A DNA stretch of 62,217 nt, filler included, from Choristocarpus tenellus KU-1152 (Eukaryota > Protista > Phaeophyceae), in the NCBI GenBank assembly GCA_964200185.2. It is 11 parts of 11 records of this genome, joined end to end, with 100 filler letters (N's around TTAATTAATTAA, not from the genome) between each part and the next. Parts side by side here need not be neighbours in the genome. Positions count along the whole stretch, not along the records: positions 1 to 4,294 come from CAXNAD020015246.1; positions 4,395 to 11,925 come from CAXNAD020006009.1; positions 12,026 to 20,559 come from CAXNAD020004610.1; 8 more parts are not named here. The stretch is one strand, 5' to 3'. Numbering within the stretch: position 1 is the stretch's first letter; every line of letters starts with the position of its first letter. Below are positions 1-12,749 of the stretch, piece after piece. The position numbers and the translations under genes are program-made. The notes under the pieces are model-generated. The model was not told the origin of the DNA. It made no database searches and saw only the letters and a list, made by a program, of their open reading frames with translations.

Positions 1-1311
1 GATAAATTTTTACGCGCGCGCCAAACTCGCGTGAATATCTCTGTGATTTTGTGCCAAGTCGCCCGAATACGAGAATTCCGGTACAAAAGTCTATTTTTTT
101 ATAGTATGTCGAAAAAGCGGTACAAAATGGGTTTGGTACATAATATTTGGTATAAAATCGGTGTAGGTACTGTATCTTACTTTCTTCACACTATTTCGAT
201 ATATCGGGTGATGAGTATGGGTATGTTATCTGTGGTGAATATTGATCGTCGATACAATATGAAAATGCGACAAGACACAACTTTGAGGTCTATGGTGTTG
301 ATATGGATATTTGGATTGGTGTGGATCGCATCACACACACAATATAGAGAACAGCAAAACCTGTAATATGTAAATATGTGTAAGGGTTGGCCAAATACAG
401 TTTAGGCTTCCAGCAGACAATATAGAGGATGAAGTAGAGTAATATGTTCGTTCACTTGTAGTAGGATGTTTACGTGAATTCGAATCCCCTCAACACCTGA
501 CTTCTTTTCGGTGAAGCCTAGTTGTGTCTCGTTTAGGACGGTCCCAAACTCATTGTATTGATTCAATGTCTGCTCGGATGTGGATGCCAGCATTTTGGGT
601 CATGATTTCGGGGCCGGTTCCCATATCACCGCGGCTATCCATACCCATATACCACACTAAACTGATTTACACTATGTGTCTCGTATTCCGAGTTTTTGTA
701 GAGTTAGTGTTATACTTTGATGTACGTACTACTCACTCTCTCTCGCTGTCCATTAATGATCTTGGTGTTTATTTGGTCTCTTTTGCATTGATTGCAATTG
801 ATATCGCCATATTTAGGTTGTACGATGTCTTTGAAAAAATCGAGGTGGTTGCAGCTTGCTCGCCTCTACAACTAACTCCTCTATAACCTCGAGACCAAGC
901 AGCAAGCAGAGGAACCACAAGACACTCTCAAATTAGAGCATGAAACAAAGGGGTGGTATAAGTACCTGTAAGGGGATTTAGATGTATTTTCCAGCTTTCT
1001 CTTCGCGATCCACGTCTCTAGAAACTAACCTCGCCTCTTGCCTACTCCTAAATCGCCCATTATTTTTTTACTGAATGTTGGCCCCGCTATAATGTGCCCG
1101 ACCAATCATGAAGGTACAAACAAAATAGGAATAAGAAATGATAATTGACAGTTGTAACCTCAACAACTTCGCGGTGGGATTTTTTGGGCGCCTCAGCAAG
1201 CAAGGGGAACGTTTCCTGGGTGAGCTAGTTACGCATACGGTAGGGGGGAGAAAAACTGGAGGCTATGACAGGAAAGGGCCGGTCAAATCTCGCCTACGAC
1301 AAATATGTCTC

Positions 1312-1600
1312 TGTAACAACGCAGGTGGCCCTGGCTAGACGTGTCGTGCGTTTAAAGCTGGAGTCACCAGGGAAAAGAGCAAGGAGGGACTTGTTAGATT
1401 CTTGGGAGGGTTCCCTAGAGCTCCTCGCCCTGGAGTGCAGGAATGGGTAGGTCAGAGACTCAGAAAAGCAGTGGTACAACATAGATTTAATGTTTTTCGC
1501 ATTTGTGACAACTGTTTAGGGATTTTTCTGATATGTGAACAGTTTTCATTTGTTTTTCCCCTGACACCTCTGGAAAATTCGAGGGCATAATAATAAATAT
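1312..1600. repeat. Isolated copy of the terminal repeat of a tyrosine-recombinase (DIRS/Ngaro-type) retroelement
   Basis: Aligns by eye with 45347-45665 (GTAACAACGCA.GTGGC...CTGGAGTCACCAGGGA...GCAGTGGTACAACATAG...AGTTTTCATTTGTTTT..CCCTGACA). That copy lies at the 3' end of a YR coding remnant. Confidence 0.7.
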
Positions 1601-1807
1601 AATCGATTCTTCAATCCACAATTACTACTGTGGTAAGAATGTTCGTGGTCGATAATGTAAGAAACAATAGTCAACCCCTCGAACTGGTTTGGATTCATCT
1701 TATTATATCTTGGGACATTCTCTAAATTAAGATTTCAACCTGAAGAAATGGGGCATCAAAGTACACTTTTTTCTCATTTGAAATTTGAGAACAATTTCGT
1801 TCAGTAA

Positions 1808-1925
1808 CAGGGGATTTCAAAAATTGAGGATGGAGCTTTTAATTGAGGATACAAAAAAAAACATATCGGCACTTTCTCCCAGTCAATTTTGGGTCAAGCC
1901 CATCCTCAATTTTTGAAATCCCCTG
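1808..1925. mobile_element. hAT-like MITE (118 bp)
   Basis: Perfect 26-bp TIR CAGGGGATTTCAAAAATTGAGGATGG / CCATCCTCAATTTTTGAAATCCCCTG. Flanks TTCAGTAA and TTCAGTGT match at 6/8, consistent with a decayed 8-bp TSD. CAGGG termini are typical of hAT. Confidence 0.75.
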
Positions 1926-2727
1926 TTCAGTGTATATTTTGTCACAAAAAACTCAATCATAACAGATGAAGGTGGAAAGGAATGTATCTGAATGGATTTT
2001 TTACGAGTTGTAACCATCTTTACAACAGTCACTTCAAACATGATGCCAACACAGACAATGAATGGTGTTCGAACTTTTTTCACCCACCTCTTACAACCTG
2101 ACCCTATTCTAAGGAATAAACCTATCTGTCCCTATCCCTCCCAATTATGCCTTGTCTTCAACTTTCCTGTCTTAGTTTATCATACAAATGTGGGAGACAT
2201 CTAAGTCGAGGGTCATTGTTTCTTTCTGTTACACAAACATTCCGTGTTCGCAATTCAATATTCCAACATTGCCTGTTGCAGAACCAACAAACAGTTCGAT
2301 CAGCACCTACTTAGGCGCCGAATCATGGAGTCGGCGTTTCCACAACAGCGAAAGGTAGTTGAAGAAATGACTGCTTCAACATCGCGTACAATGAACATTG
2401 TTGTAGGTACTCGACAGATGCAATACTTGAGATGTATTGACCACATAATCCTCCGGTTTAAAATTGATCGCATAGTACAAAACCGACCCTTCAATCACGT
2501 ACCACTGTGGTTCAGATAGATTGTGAGAAGTAACGCTTCTTCACTAAGAAGACGAAAATCAGAAACGAGAGACGCCAGGGTAGTCAAATGACGAGAATCA
2601 ACTACACAAATGTTCACGGTCGTGCAGTGCGCTAGGTAGAACAAAAGGTGATGTACTCGAAACCCCAAAATGATATTAAACTCAAGGGAAGAAAATAAGG
2701 TAAAGGTCATCTCCCAGGCACGCTTCA

Positions 2728-2852
2728 GACTCAAAGTATCTGGGGGGAGGGGTGGCGGCTGTCCATTTGGGGGCAACTTTTTCATGTCGTGATTTTCGGG
2801 ATTTTATGTCGCATTCATCGGATTGATAATTTAAGTACACTTTTCCTGGTTA
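2728..2852. mobile_element. MITE family A, partial copy
   Basis: GACTCAAAGTATCTGGGGGG...GTGGCGGCTGTCCATTTGG...CACTTTTCCTGGTTA, matching 35463-35649. Confidence 0.8.
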
Positions 2853-4225
2853 ATGCAATCTATGAACATGGTCACTACAGTCAATACCCTGGACAGGACA
2901 ATCAATTTATGGTGGATCGGCTGATGATGTTAACAGAGGGAAGGTAGTTGCGGTCTTACCAAAGAACTATTGAGGGTAAGCGTTGTTCGATGAGAATCAG
3001 CGATGTCAGCATGCGGTAAGTGTCCTAGGTTAAGACGAAACTTTGGAGGTAGTCGCATGAGGAATGTAGGGCCGTGACCGTGTGTTTATTAGTAGTGGTG
3101 TCTTTACAGAGAAAAGCATTTTTGGATGGCAGTAGAGTTCAGGTTTCTCCCAATGGAGTTTGACCCTGCTTGACTTCAACAATATCACAGGTATTAGGAT
3201 TTAGCAAGACTTTTCGAATTTGTGGATGAACAAGCTTCGCATACTGTGGTCGATAAATCAATAGTATGGTCTATTAGTTAACTTTGTAAATGTTTACGAC
3301 GTATGCAGTCGCATATATTTTGATGTGTTGAAATAGATAGGTCAGATTGAATCCTTTCCAATCTAAGCTATTTGCCACATAACTTCTAGGGGGCAAAGCG
3401 AAGGATAGGCTCAGGCACCAGCTGCAGGGTAGACCGTCAGGATTCTTTTTCATGGCTACTTTGGTCTTTGATGAAAATGTTCTGACTCCTGAGAATTCCT
3501 CAAGTATGTGGAAAATATAATAGTAAAATTTTCGATTAAGAAAATATGATTGTCGTACAGATAGCCTTCATAGAGAATTGAATATTATGATAGCAAAGGC
3601 AAGAGTTTCACACTAGGTACTAGGGTTGCCTAACTCATATTTTCCATTCATGCGTAAGAATTGGTTTGCTCTTGTCCCCTAGCAAGGGAATGTTATGACC
3701 CTTGTTGAATTATTCAGTTTACCTCACATCCTTCTATGCTGAGTCCATAACTGTTGTCTTAATATATACCCTCTACTTTATCTCAACTGCATTTCTAAGA
3801 CAAGGTCTCACTAAGAGTATTATGTACCGGAATTATTCCTGATCAATTAATAACATTAAGTTTTACCCTCCGTTTATGGCATTTTATGTTTTGAGGCATT
3901 TGTGTTTAAATAGAGGGAAGTGATGCATGGTCTAGTACAGAAAAGAGTTAATAATACTCTGTACGGTGTTTTTTTTTGCGTGTCCGCTATTCTTTGTAAG
4001 TCAGTGGATTTCAAAAAGTAGTATAGCACCACAATTCATCATAACCTCAACATAACAACTCCAGATGGTGGCTCACGTGATATATATGATAGCATAATGA
4101 CAAAACTACTGACTCGCTGCGACCAGCAAATCAGACAACCCAGACCCTTTGCTTCTTCTATAGCAAATACCCTTTGTCAGCTGAAACAAGAAACTTGTGG
4201 ATCGGATTTCTTCAAACTCGTACAA

Positions 4226-4545
4226 GGGTCAAAGTATCTGGGGGGGGGGGGTGTCGGCGTCCGTTTTTCACCCTTTTTTCGATTTTCACTTTTTNNNNNN
4301 NNNNNNNNNNNNNNNNNNNNNNNNNNNNNNNNNNNNNNTTAATTAATTAANNNNNNNNNNNNNNNNNNNNNNNNNNNNNNNNNNNNNNNNNNNNGTTTGT
4401 GAGGGTGCGTCAGTTTCGGTCAAAAGACTCTTTTTTTTGCTCACATTTCAAATCCGACACGTGCGATCAAATCACATCAAAAGAGTGAAAATCGAAAAAA
4501 GGGCGAAAAATGGACGCCGACACCCCCCCCCAAATACTTTGACCC
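4226..4545. mobile_element. MITE family D: two ends on either side of a contig spacer
   Basis: GGGTCAAAGTATCTGGGGG..TGTCGGCGTCC at 4226 and its reverse complement ending at 4545. The same end occurs at 12026-12064, and related ends at 46617-46637 and 59475-59503. Confidence 0.75.
4295..4394. other. Artificial contig spacer (first of ten; the others are at 11926-12025, 20560-20659, 24148-24247, 37883-37982, 42932-43031, 46517-46616, 50014-50113, 53300-53399, 59375-59474)
   Basis: The same N-run/TTAATTAATTAA/N-run layout recurs each time. TTAATTAATTAA puts stop codons in all six frames. Confidence 0.97.
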
Positions 4546-6058
4546 ATTGTGTTGTACCGTCCATCATGATAGGCTTTGCACTCCAGCGCTTATCAGAATG
4601 CCGAGACTAGCAGCCGTGATAATCCCTAAGATAAAAACCACTTTGTTGCCCATACTAGAGCAAGCCACAATCATAGTTTTAAACCTCATGTATAGGGGAA
4701 GCAACTCAGAACTTATCAAGTTTCACCATCAACATGGAACTAGACCCTTAGAGTAGTGTCCTTGGGGTATACGTGTTGCTGATGTATGTTTCAATACAAG
4801 ACACTAATAAAGTACAGGAATACCATTATAATCTTCAATACTAGGTGAGAGCCAGTCACCAACTCCTAGACTTATCTAAGTATAAGGTATTAATATGTAT
4901 TACTGAAGGCGTAAGTCAAAGCCTCAGCTCTCAAAAGTCTTCCAAGTACATCTGAATAAGCACATGCATACCTGATGTAGAAGGGATTCCTCATTACACA
5001 ATGATCAACTCAGAATGACGAAGGAGAGATTGCGATAATCCAGACGAGTTTTAATTTCCCCCCCACCATACTCAACTGCCACGATGACTGCAGTCGCACT
5101 TTTAGGGGCAGAACTTTTGGTCATGAAGCGGACAGAGCCGGGATTCCCCATTTCATCACCCCGGGAGAAGGAGTAGACGACGTGTCCCACTTTATCTTTC
5201 TCGAGTTTGTATTACACACGTCACTCTCACGTCCACAGCAGACATCATCACCTTCTTGAAGATTTATACGAATATCGTCGCCAATGACAATGGAATTGCA
5301 ACCAATATAATGGTCTTACAATCCTCTGACCTGAGCCCTGGAAGCAAAGCTGCTAAGATCGAGTCTGTGGGAATTTTCGAGTGTAATTCAGTTTGGATCA
5401 AGATCTGCTTGATCATGGCAGTCTTGCTTTCAGAATCCAATTCGGAGGATTGTATGATCACCATATATTGGTTATAAAAGCAGTGTTGTCGGTGGCGATC
5501 TTCACGCCAATCTTCAGGAAGGTGATATTGTTTCCTTTGGACATGAGGGTACCATGTGTAATATAAACGCCATAAAAATTGGTATAGAACTCGTCTACTC
5601 CTTCTCCTGGAACGATGAAACCGGGAATCTCGTCTCTACCCACTTCGGGGCAGAGTTGGTTGAATCGTTGTCATTGAAAGTGGGGTCTGATCGTAAAATT
5701 GTGACCGTAACCATCCTGGCAGTAGCTATAGGTGGGGGAGAGATTGGAATTCATCTGGACGTACTCAATCTCTCATTCGTCGTTATGGGTTGTTGGTTAT
5801 TTAAACAAACATTGCGTTGGTGTTTGGACCGTTGACACCATTGTGCATCTCCCACACCTTTGAGAAATACAATACAATTACCAGTATTGATGTGCGGATA
5901 CCACAGAAAAAGCGGTACATAAAAAGAAGGAATTCTGGGGTGAGGGGAACAAAGATGAGAAACGCCTCTTTACGGAGTGAAATTAGGGTGGACTTTGTTG
6001 ATCTTTCAAACATATATAATGTTACCTCAAGTGCAACTGGATCGGTGAAAGGACACGG

Positions 6059-9000
6059 ATGCAGGCCCTGAAGTGGGCAACAGCTCTAGCCATCGGCGTA
6101 CCCAACGAAGAAGATGGACATGTCATATCGGGGGAGACGCGTACGAGACGCCGTGGCCTTGATGGACGGACTCTATCTCCAAGAGCGAAACATACAGGCA
6201 CCGTTGAAGAAGATGAACAGAGGTTGGAGAAAACTTGGGTTACATTTGGTTGTTGGTATCTTGGCACAGATTGTAGTATAATACCTGTGTGGGAGGTTAC
6301 TGATCGCTGAGAGAAATGAATTGGTATATTGAATACTCGACGTCGGACGAACAGAGATTGATTATGCTCGTGTCAACGACGACGGCTCTAAATAGCAGGG
6401 GATCGCTCGTTTGAAATGAGTCCAGTGCCCGGGTTACAGTTTGGATTGAAGCTCACTAGGGCTGTCACATTGTGATTCGCTCCTTTGGTCGACAGATGTG
6501 TTATTTTTAGTACGTCGAAGGAAAGATGATTCCTTGCCTTGCTGAGTGTTCGGTCTGGACCATCTGTTGAGTCCACTACAGCACTTTACTTCTACTGTCG
6601 ATCCTGGACTCCCTCTACTATTCTCTTGGATGGCAAACGCAAGAAAAGTATTATCGCTGAATCGAATGGAAGCATGCTTACCCGCCCCTCCTCCATACAC
6701 TTGAAGAAATGGAACTATCAGGAATAGCAGTGAGGATAACATTGCTAATGATGGGGAGAACGAGAGAAATAGGCAAGACGAATTGGGCGACGGAATCCGC
6801 CGTTGGATGGAGGATACGTCATCTATGTCATGTCTCCTATGTAATGTGACCTTCACCTTTACGAATCGTCGCCATCACTGCCGGAACTGCCTCAAGCTTG
6901 TCTGCTCTGCGTGCAGTAGTCGTGTCTACCGGCTGAACAACTCGTCCTGGAGAGGGGAGAGTTCCCGTCGTCATCACCATCACCACCATGCACCTTCCGG
7001 TGGCGTAAAAAAGAGGGTTTGCGACAAGTGCTACACGTCACTTGTGGCAACTGGAGAGGTGAGACACAATCCCGTCGAAAGAGTCGGATCTTGTTGTGTT
7101 GCGCACATTGGCAGGCACTGGTTAATCTGAAGTCAGCAAGGGTATACTGTGGGGAAGTAGATGGCGGTGAACACCGCCGAAAATTCTTTGTGCCAAGAAG
7201 GAGATTGGTTTTCGTTTTTCTGTACTGTGTGGTGGTGGTGGTGGTTGGTTCGACAAATGAAGAATGACACCACCTTGAAGGCTCTGGGTGTGAACCTGTT
7301 TTCTTTGAGCTCTCATGGGATACTCTAGTGGAGTAGGACAGATATGGGTTGCTGATATGTCTGTACACCTTATTGGTTTAAAACTAGCTAGGAGATGGTG
7401 ACCAGAGAGAAGGGAAAAGAAGTGCATTCCAACCCTGTTTTGTTTTGTGCCCTTGAATGTTAGCTATCATTGCCATTCATGTCTAGCCAGAGGTACGTGT
7501 AGCAGTCAGTGATCGTTTTGCTTAGGGCATTCATTGATTGGTGAGGATTGTGTTGAAATATTGTTTCTATGGGTGCTAATGAGGTGTGAAAGGTTGCTGT
7601 ACCTGTATGAATGTTGTGTCTTTTTGTGCTAAGTATGCATGCTACTGCATTAATGAAATGTAGCTTTATGATGAAATGTTCTTCATATACTTCCAGTAGT
7701 TGTATAGATATACTCCCAACAACATTTGAAATTAGGGGATATATTTGTGGCAGCCCCCCAGAAATTCGGTCAACTATAAGGACAGGAAAGTATAGTGGAG
7801 GAAATTAAACCAGTGGGATTTTGTTGTATTCTCCTGCTGACCAGATCACTCCAGGAGTAAAAATCCAACACAGGTTCGAAATACATGGGAGCACGTTGTG
7901 CTTTTGTAGAATTATTCTGCTGTTATTTTGCTTGGGAGATGTAGTTTCCTGAACCTGCAATTTTCTGGAAGCATGTAACTAGAAGTATGTAGGCATTTCT
8001 TCAACTGAGACCTTTTTCTATCTCTTTGCACCGTGATGCATCATAATCCCCATCCACACTTTTGCAATTTTGCTTAAAGTTGTCCAAGCCTGTTTGCTTG
8101 TTCATTGATCATCATTATTCATTGCAGTAACGACTGTATTTATGATCCTCCCCTCCCACCCTTCAAAAATCCCCGAAAACTATTGTGACTGACATAACCG
8201 GTAGGTCATGGTTGGAGGTGACAAACTCACCCTCAACTCTGGTGAGCATGCTCATTTTGAGGTTGTTATACATGAGATCTGTGGGAGAATGGTAGGTGTC
8301 CACAGCTGTGCCCCACCCGTGGTCCCGGTTGGACCTTCTTCCCCTCCGACATTTTCTCGATCCTCCATGGGGGAGGGGTGGGATGCAGCTGCAGTGACCA
8401 CGGGGAATGGGTTTGGCACAAGGACAAAAATTCTTGCTGGTGGAGTCGGGGGCTCAAGGTCAGAACTAGAAAAAGAGGGATGGACGGGGGGGACCAGGGG
8501 GTCAATTGCGATTTTTATTATTTATTTCTGTTGTTGCTATGGCACTCTACAGTTCCCTCTCGCTGCAGACTGAGTAATACCTGTGTATATTTGATGGGAG
8601 ACAGGGGTTGGCGCCCTGGTGAGCATGTAGGTGCTCATTTTTGCTTAGGGAGGATTGTTGTTCATGTGTCTCTGTGAATTTGATCGAGAGCGTAAGACTT
8701 GATTCTGAAGATGTGAATCTTCTACCAATTTTGTTTCAGGTGAAGAACTGGAGAATCCTATTGTCAAGCAGTTGCCAAGTATAATTTAGAGCATTACATT
8801 CTTTCTGCTCTTTGTGTGTGTGGGTGTGGGTGTGCGTGTGTGGTAGGTAGGTAGGTAGGTGAACCTTGGTCAAAGTTTGACTTATTCCCATGGATTGATT
8901 GTTGTGAGGAACATAACTTGTGTATGATCGAGCTGTACAGTGGCATTTTTGTGTGGTGGATTGAAGGGATAACTTTAGATTTGTTGATCTTATTTTCATT

Positions 9001-11925
9001 TTTATGGTGATGCGAGTGTATCTTAGTAGGTACTGGACTGATCTTCTGTCTGCTGGAAATATCTCATGTTTCATAGGCATTATTGCTGTGAACCTGTGGC
9101 GATAGGCATCTTGGGCACTTCCCCATCCCCTCCCCCCACTCCCAAACCCCGACCTACTTTTACCTTCTTGTGTGCTATGTTGAAGGTACAGGATGAATGT
9201 CCAAGCGGTGCCTCGCCCACCCTGCTCAGAGGTTCTGAACCGAGCACGTGCCCCATACTGCAGGCTGACTGTTGCCAACAAACAGGTTCGTCACGTATGA
9301 TAAAGCTTGGTTGTTTGTGATCCAGGGTACTGGTGCCATTTTTTTTTAATCCTTTCTAAGTCCACAGTGTGCTCTGCAAAGATTTCTTATTTGGAACCAA
9401 AGAACTAGAACCAGTAGCAAATAGACCTGTATTCCTATGCAAGTCTCTTCTGCCTTCTGAGAGGGCAAGCTTGGTGTTGAAGACACAGCTCAGTTCAGCT
9501 CAGCTCAGCAAAAAGAAAATAATGTAGTGAAGGGAATTCTCTGAATTTTGAAATGCTTTAACTTTGGGTAGAGTACATTCACCTTTATAAAACTTTTGGT
9601 ACTTCAACCAAGTACTTGCACTTTTGACCTGTAGCATGGTATGTATGAAATTTTTCCTTTGGAAATCTCGTTTTATGTGCTTGTCCATTGATACATGCAA
9701 ATGTGTCTCTTTTACTTGTATAGACAACAGAATTGAATATTGCATGGATATGAAGTAAAAGATGTGGGAGTTAAAAGCTATGTCATGTTAAAATATGAGT
9801 ATACATGTTTGGAATAGGCAGGATACAGCAATGCTCCATTTGCATCCCCCTACGACAACCAAGGATCAGCTCCAGTACGCTCATATTTTGCCGCAGCTTC
9901 AATCTCTGAAGATTCCCAGCTCAAAATTGTCTCTATGTGAAGGATTCAATTAAGGGTGAAGATAATAGGAATGTAGAAGCTCTGGGAGTTGTTAATATTG
10001 TCATAGGAAATATTTTGTAAATGTACTACTAGAGCATATATAAGCATGTCCAGAAAAGGCCAAAAACAGCTATGTCTCCTCTGTGTCCTTCCACAACAAC
10101 CACGGTAGGTTATCGACACTTAATAACAAACACAATACCCCAAATTAATCAAAATCGCAACATTGGATTTTGGACCCCAAATATGTTTTGCTACAGCCTC
10201 ACTTTCTGAACCCCTCAGATCTCCAATCCCTGACTTCTCTGGCTAACAAATCTTTCCTGCTCTGTTGAGTACGATGTATGGCTTGGCTCGATGTAGCATA
10301 CAGGGCTACTCCACTAGTTTGAGTGCTACTTTCTGTGTCGTGTCTCTTTCCCGCAACATATTTTTTTGTTTCTTCTCTCAGAACTATTTTTTGCTTTTGT
10401 GGTGGATGATGATTAGATTTTTTGTGTGTGGTGGTTTTGTTTGTTTTATTTCTTCAATGCAAAAACCTGTAAGGTGGGAAAAACACGGAGTGTGCCCAAT
10501 AGCACTCACAACGGTGGGGCAGGGGGTGCAGGAAATGGGCCTGGGGGGGGTTGGGCAGGAGCTTGGGGCGGAGGTGGTGGTGGTGGAGGTGAAGGAGGGG
10601 GCAGGAGAGGGTGCCGTCTGTTATTTGAACAAAACTTTTTGTTTCGAGTTCGTGTCTCTAATGGTGCAGCATCAGGTTACATGGTGGTCACTATATTTGA
10701 TGCTGGGCGTGGCGGAATGCCAGTGTCAGTTGGCACACTGCTGGGTCACTGCCGGGTGCCTCTGTTCAGGACCCCACGGCGGCGGTGAGAATACCACACA
10801 GTGTGACCTGAGGGCTGAGGGAGAGGAGACATGCATTGCATTGAGCAGGAAGGCACTCAACCATTTTCCTTGCAGATTGGGTGCTTTTGGGGGTGCCTTG
10901 GTAATGTGGGATTGTTAGAATAGTGACTTAAGTGTACCATCCTCTGGACATTCCTCAAGTTTCAAGCCCAGCTATTTCGCAATCCGTTAATAACTGTATC
11001 ATTGTTGTTATCACTTGCTCAGTGCTTCTCAACAGTTGTTCACATTCTGAAGATTGTTCCATTCGTCCCTGATGACCTATCCCATGTATTCATGTTCTTT
11101 CTTTTTTTCTTACGTCTTGTCACTTACTGTATTCAAATTAGAACTTCCACTTTTTTTTTGTTATAATTGAAAGAACCAGATATAATCTCATTATTATTTT
11201 GTAATAATGCCTTTTAGCTTTTTGCGATTTCCTCAATTTCTAATGTTTTTGGCAATGGCAAACAAACCACTTGATTGCTCATGCTATGACATAGGGAGCA
11301 CACTATGTGGCACAAACTGATCGAGGCTGATGGGTCTGGTGTGGTGGGCATGCTCAAGGCCACTATTCGAAATCTTGGTGCTGGGCTCATCCCGAGGCCT
11401 GCTCACAATGCATCTCTCCCTCTGGCCAGTGGGCCTGTTGAAGCACAGTCCACTGGAGTCGTTGTACCCCCTTTGGACCTTCCGAACAAGGAAGAGAGTG
11501 CCACAGAAGGTACTGGGCGAGGTACTGGGGAGGGGGCCGGGGCTAGAGTAGAACTTGGCAGTGCTGGTGTAGACCCAGGACCTATTAATGTTGTAACAAT
11601 GGGTGGGCAATCGGAGGGTTTGGAAGTGGCGGGAGATGGTGGAGCAAGCAGAAATATCTTGGGTGAGCATCAGAAACAGAAGGAGCATGAGCTTCTCACT
11701 GTCGAGGAGCTCCCAGACCACCCCCGGTTGGACAGCTTCTATATTGAGGGCAGTGTTATGCACAGGAGACTTTTCTTTCGAGTGGGGTCAAACCAGGGAG
11801 ATGTGGTGCCTGCTAATGAGCTGGTCTTGGAGGTGTTTCCCAAGGTCCGTATACCACTGCACGCGGAGGCATTGACAGGGTTGGGAGGAGGGGGGGGCTC
11901 ACCTGCCCTGCCGCCTGGAGGTGGG
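6059..11925 (+). CDS. FYVE zinc-finger + C2 domain protein, 3' truncated. Exons 6059-6222, 6722-7058, 8205-8458, 9192-9285, 10474-10784, 11295->11925
   Basis: Canonical FYVE motifs WMED, CLLC, RRHHCRNC, VCSAC, RVCDKC. C2 strands are spread over the later exons (FEVVIHEI; PYCRLTV; KTR; FEQNFLFRV; MVVTIFD; LLGHCRVPL; WHKL; GMLKATI). All five GT-AG junctions are phase-consistent. Confidence 0.85.
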
Positions 11926-12749
11926 NNNNNNNNNNNNNNNNNNNNNNNNNNNNNNNNNNNNNNNNNNNNTTAATTAATTAANNNNNNNNNNNNNNNNNNN
12001 NNNNNNNNNNNNNNNNNNNNNNNNNAAACGGACGCCGACACCCCCCCCCCAGATACTTTGACCCATGAACATGATATTCGCTACGATGATATGTCGTTAT
12101 CAAACTTCCCGATTATTTACCTCTCCTTGTCATGCGATTTCTATAAATTTATTTAGGCGGTACCGTCAAACATGATTGTAAGACCCAAAACCCTCCTTCG
12201 CCCCAACAATGAAGAGGATATTAAGCATCTGTGTTGGATATTAGTAGTAATGGAGTCATACCTTTTCATTTGGGTGTTGTGTTGTTCAATGGTTGGTACA
12301 ACAGCAAAAAAAGATCACTGAAATATATATTGGTCGATATCCTACTTCTCATCGTTCTCCCTTAATCTGCAGGCTCTCAGACAGCACACAAGGAGGGGCA
12401 CTGTCTAATGTCAGACAGGAAGCTTGCTCAAAAGCTTTCTATTCCTATAGGTTGTTCAGTATGTTTGGACCGAAGTAATGGACTAGATTATAGTAGTTGG
12501 GATAAGCACTACTCCTGTAATTGGAAGATGGCCTCGAATTATACCTTGACGAAATCCGGGGATCCCTAGAGACCACGTGGCAGTTGCAATTGAACAAAAA
12601 GACACTGTTGGATGCTGAAGTAGCTTGTGAGCAGAAATATCAATACACTGGTACTGAGTAGTATGTTGCCTTTAGTCCGCACAACCCCTTTATCATGTTT
12701 CAAATCGGTCTTGACACCATAGTACAGTACCTAGCAGCTTATCTCTCAC

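Noticed and set aside
4339-4350. TTAATTAATTAA as a biological motif
   Set aside because: It always sits inside fixed-length N runs, so it is an assembly linker.
9822-9940. Extra exon for the FYVE-C2 gene
   Set aside because: The direct join 9285/10474 is in frame and gives a better C2 sequence (NKQ|VGKTR).
10265-10918. 217-aa ORF and the many other short ORFs in the track
   Set aside because: They are alternative-frame or antisense shadows of real exons, MITEs or microsatellites.
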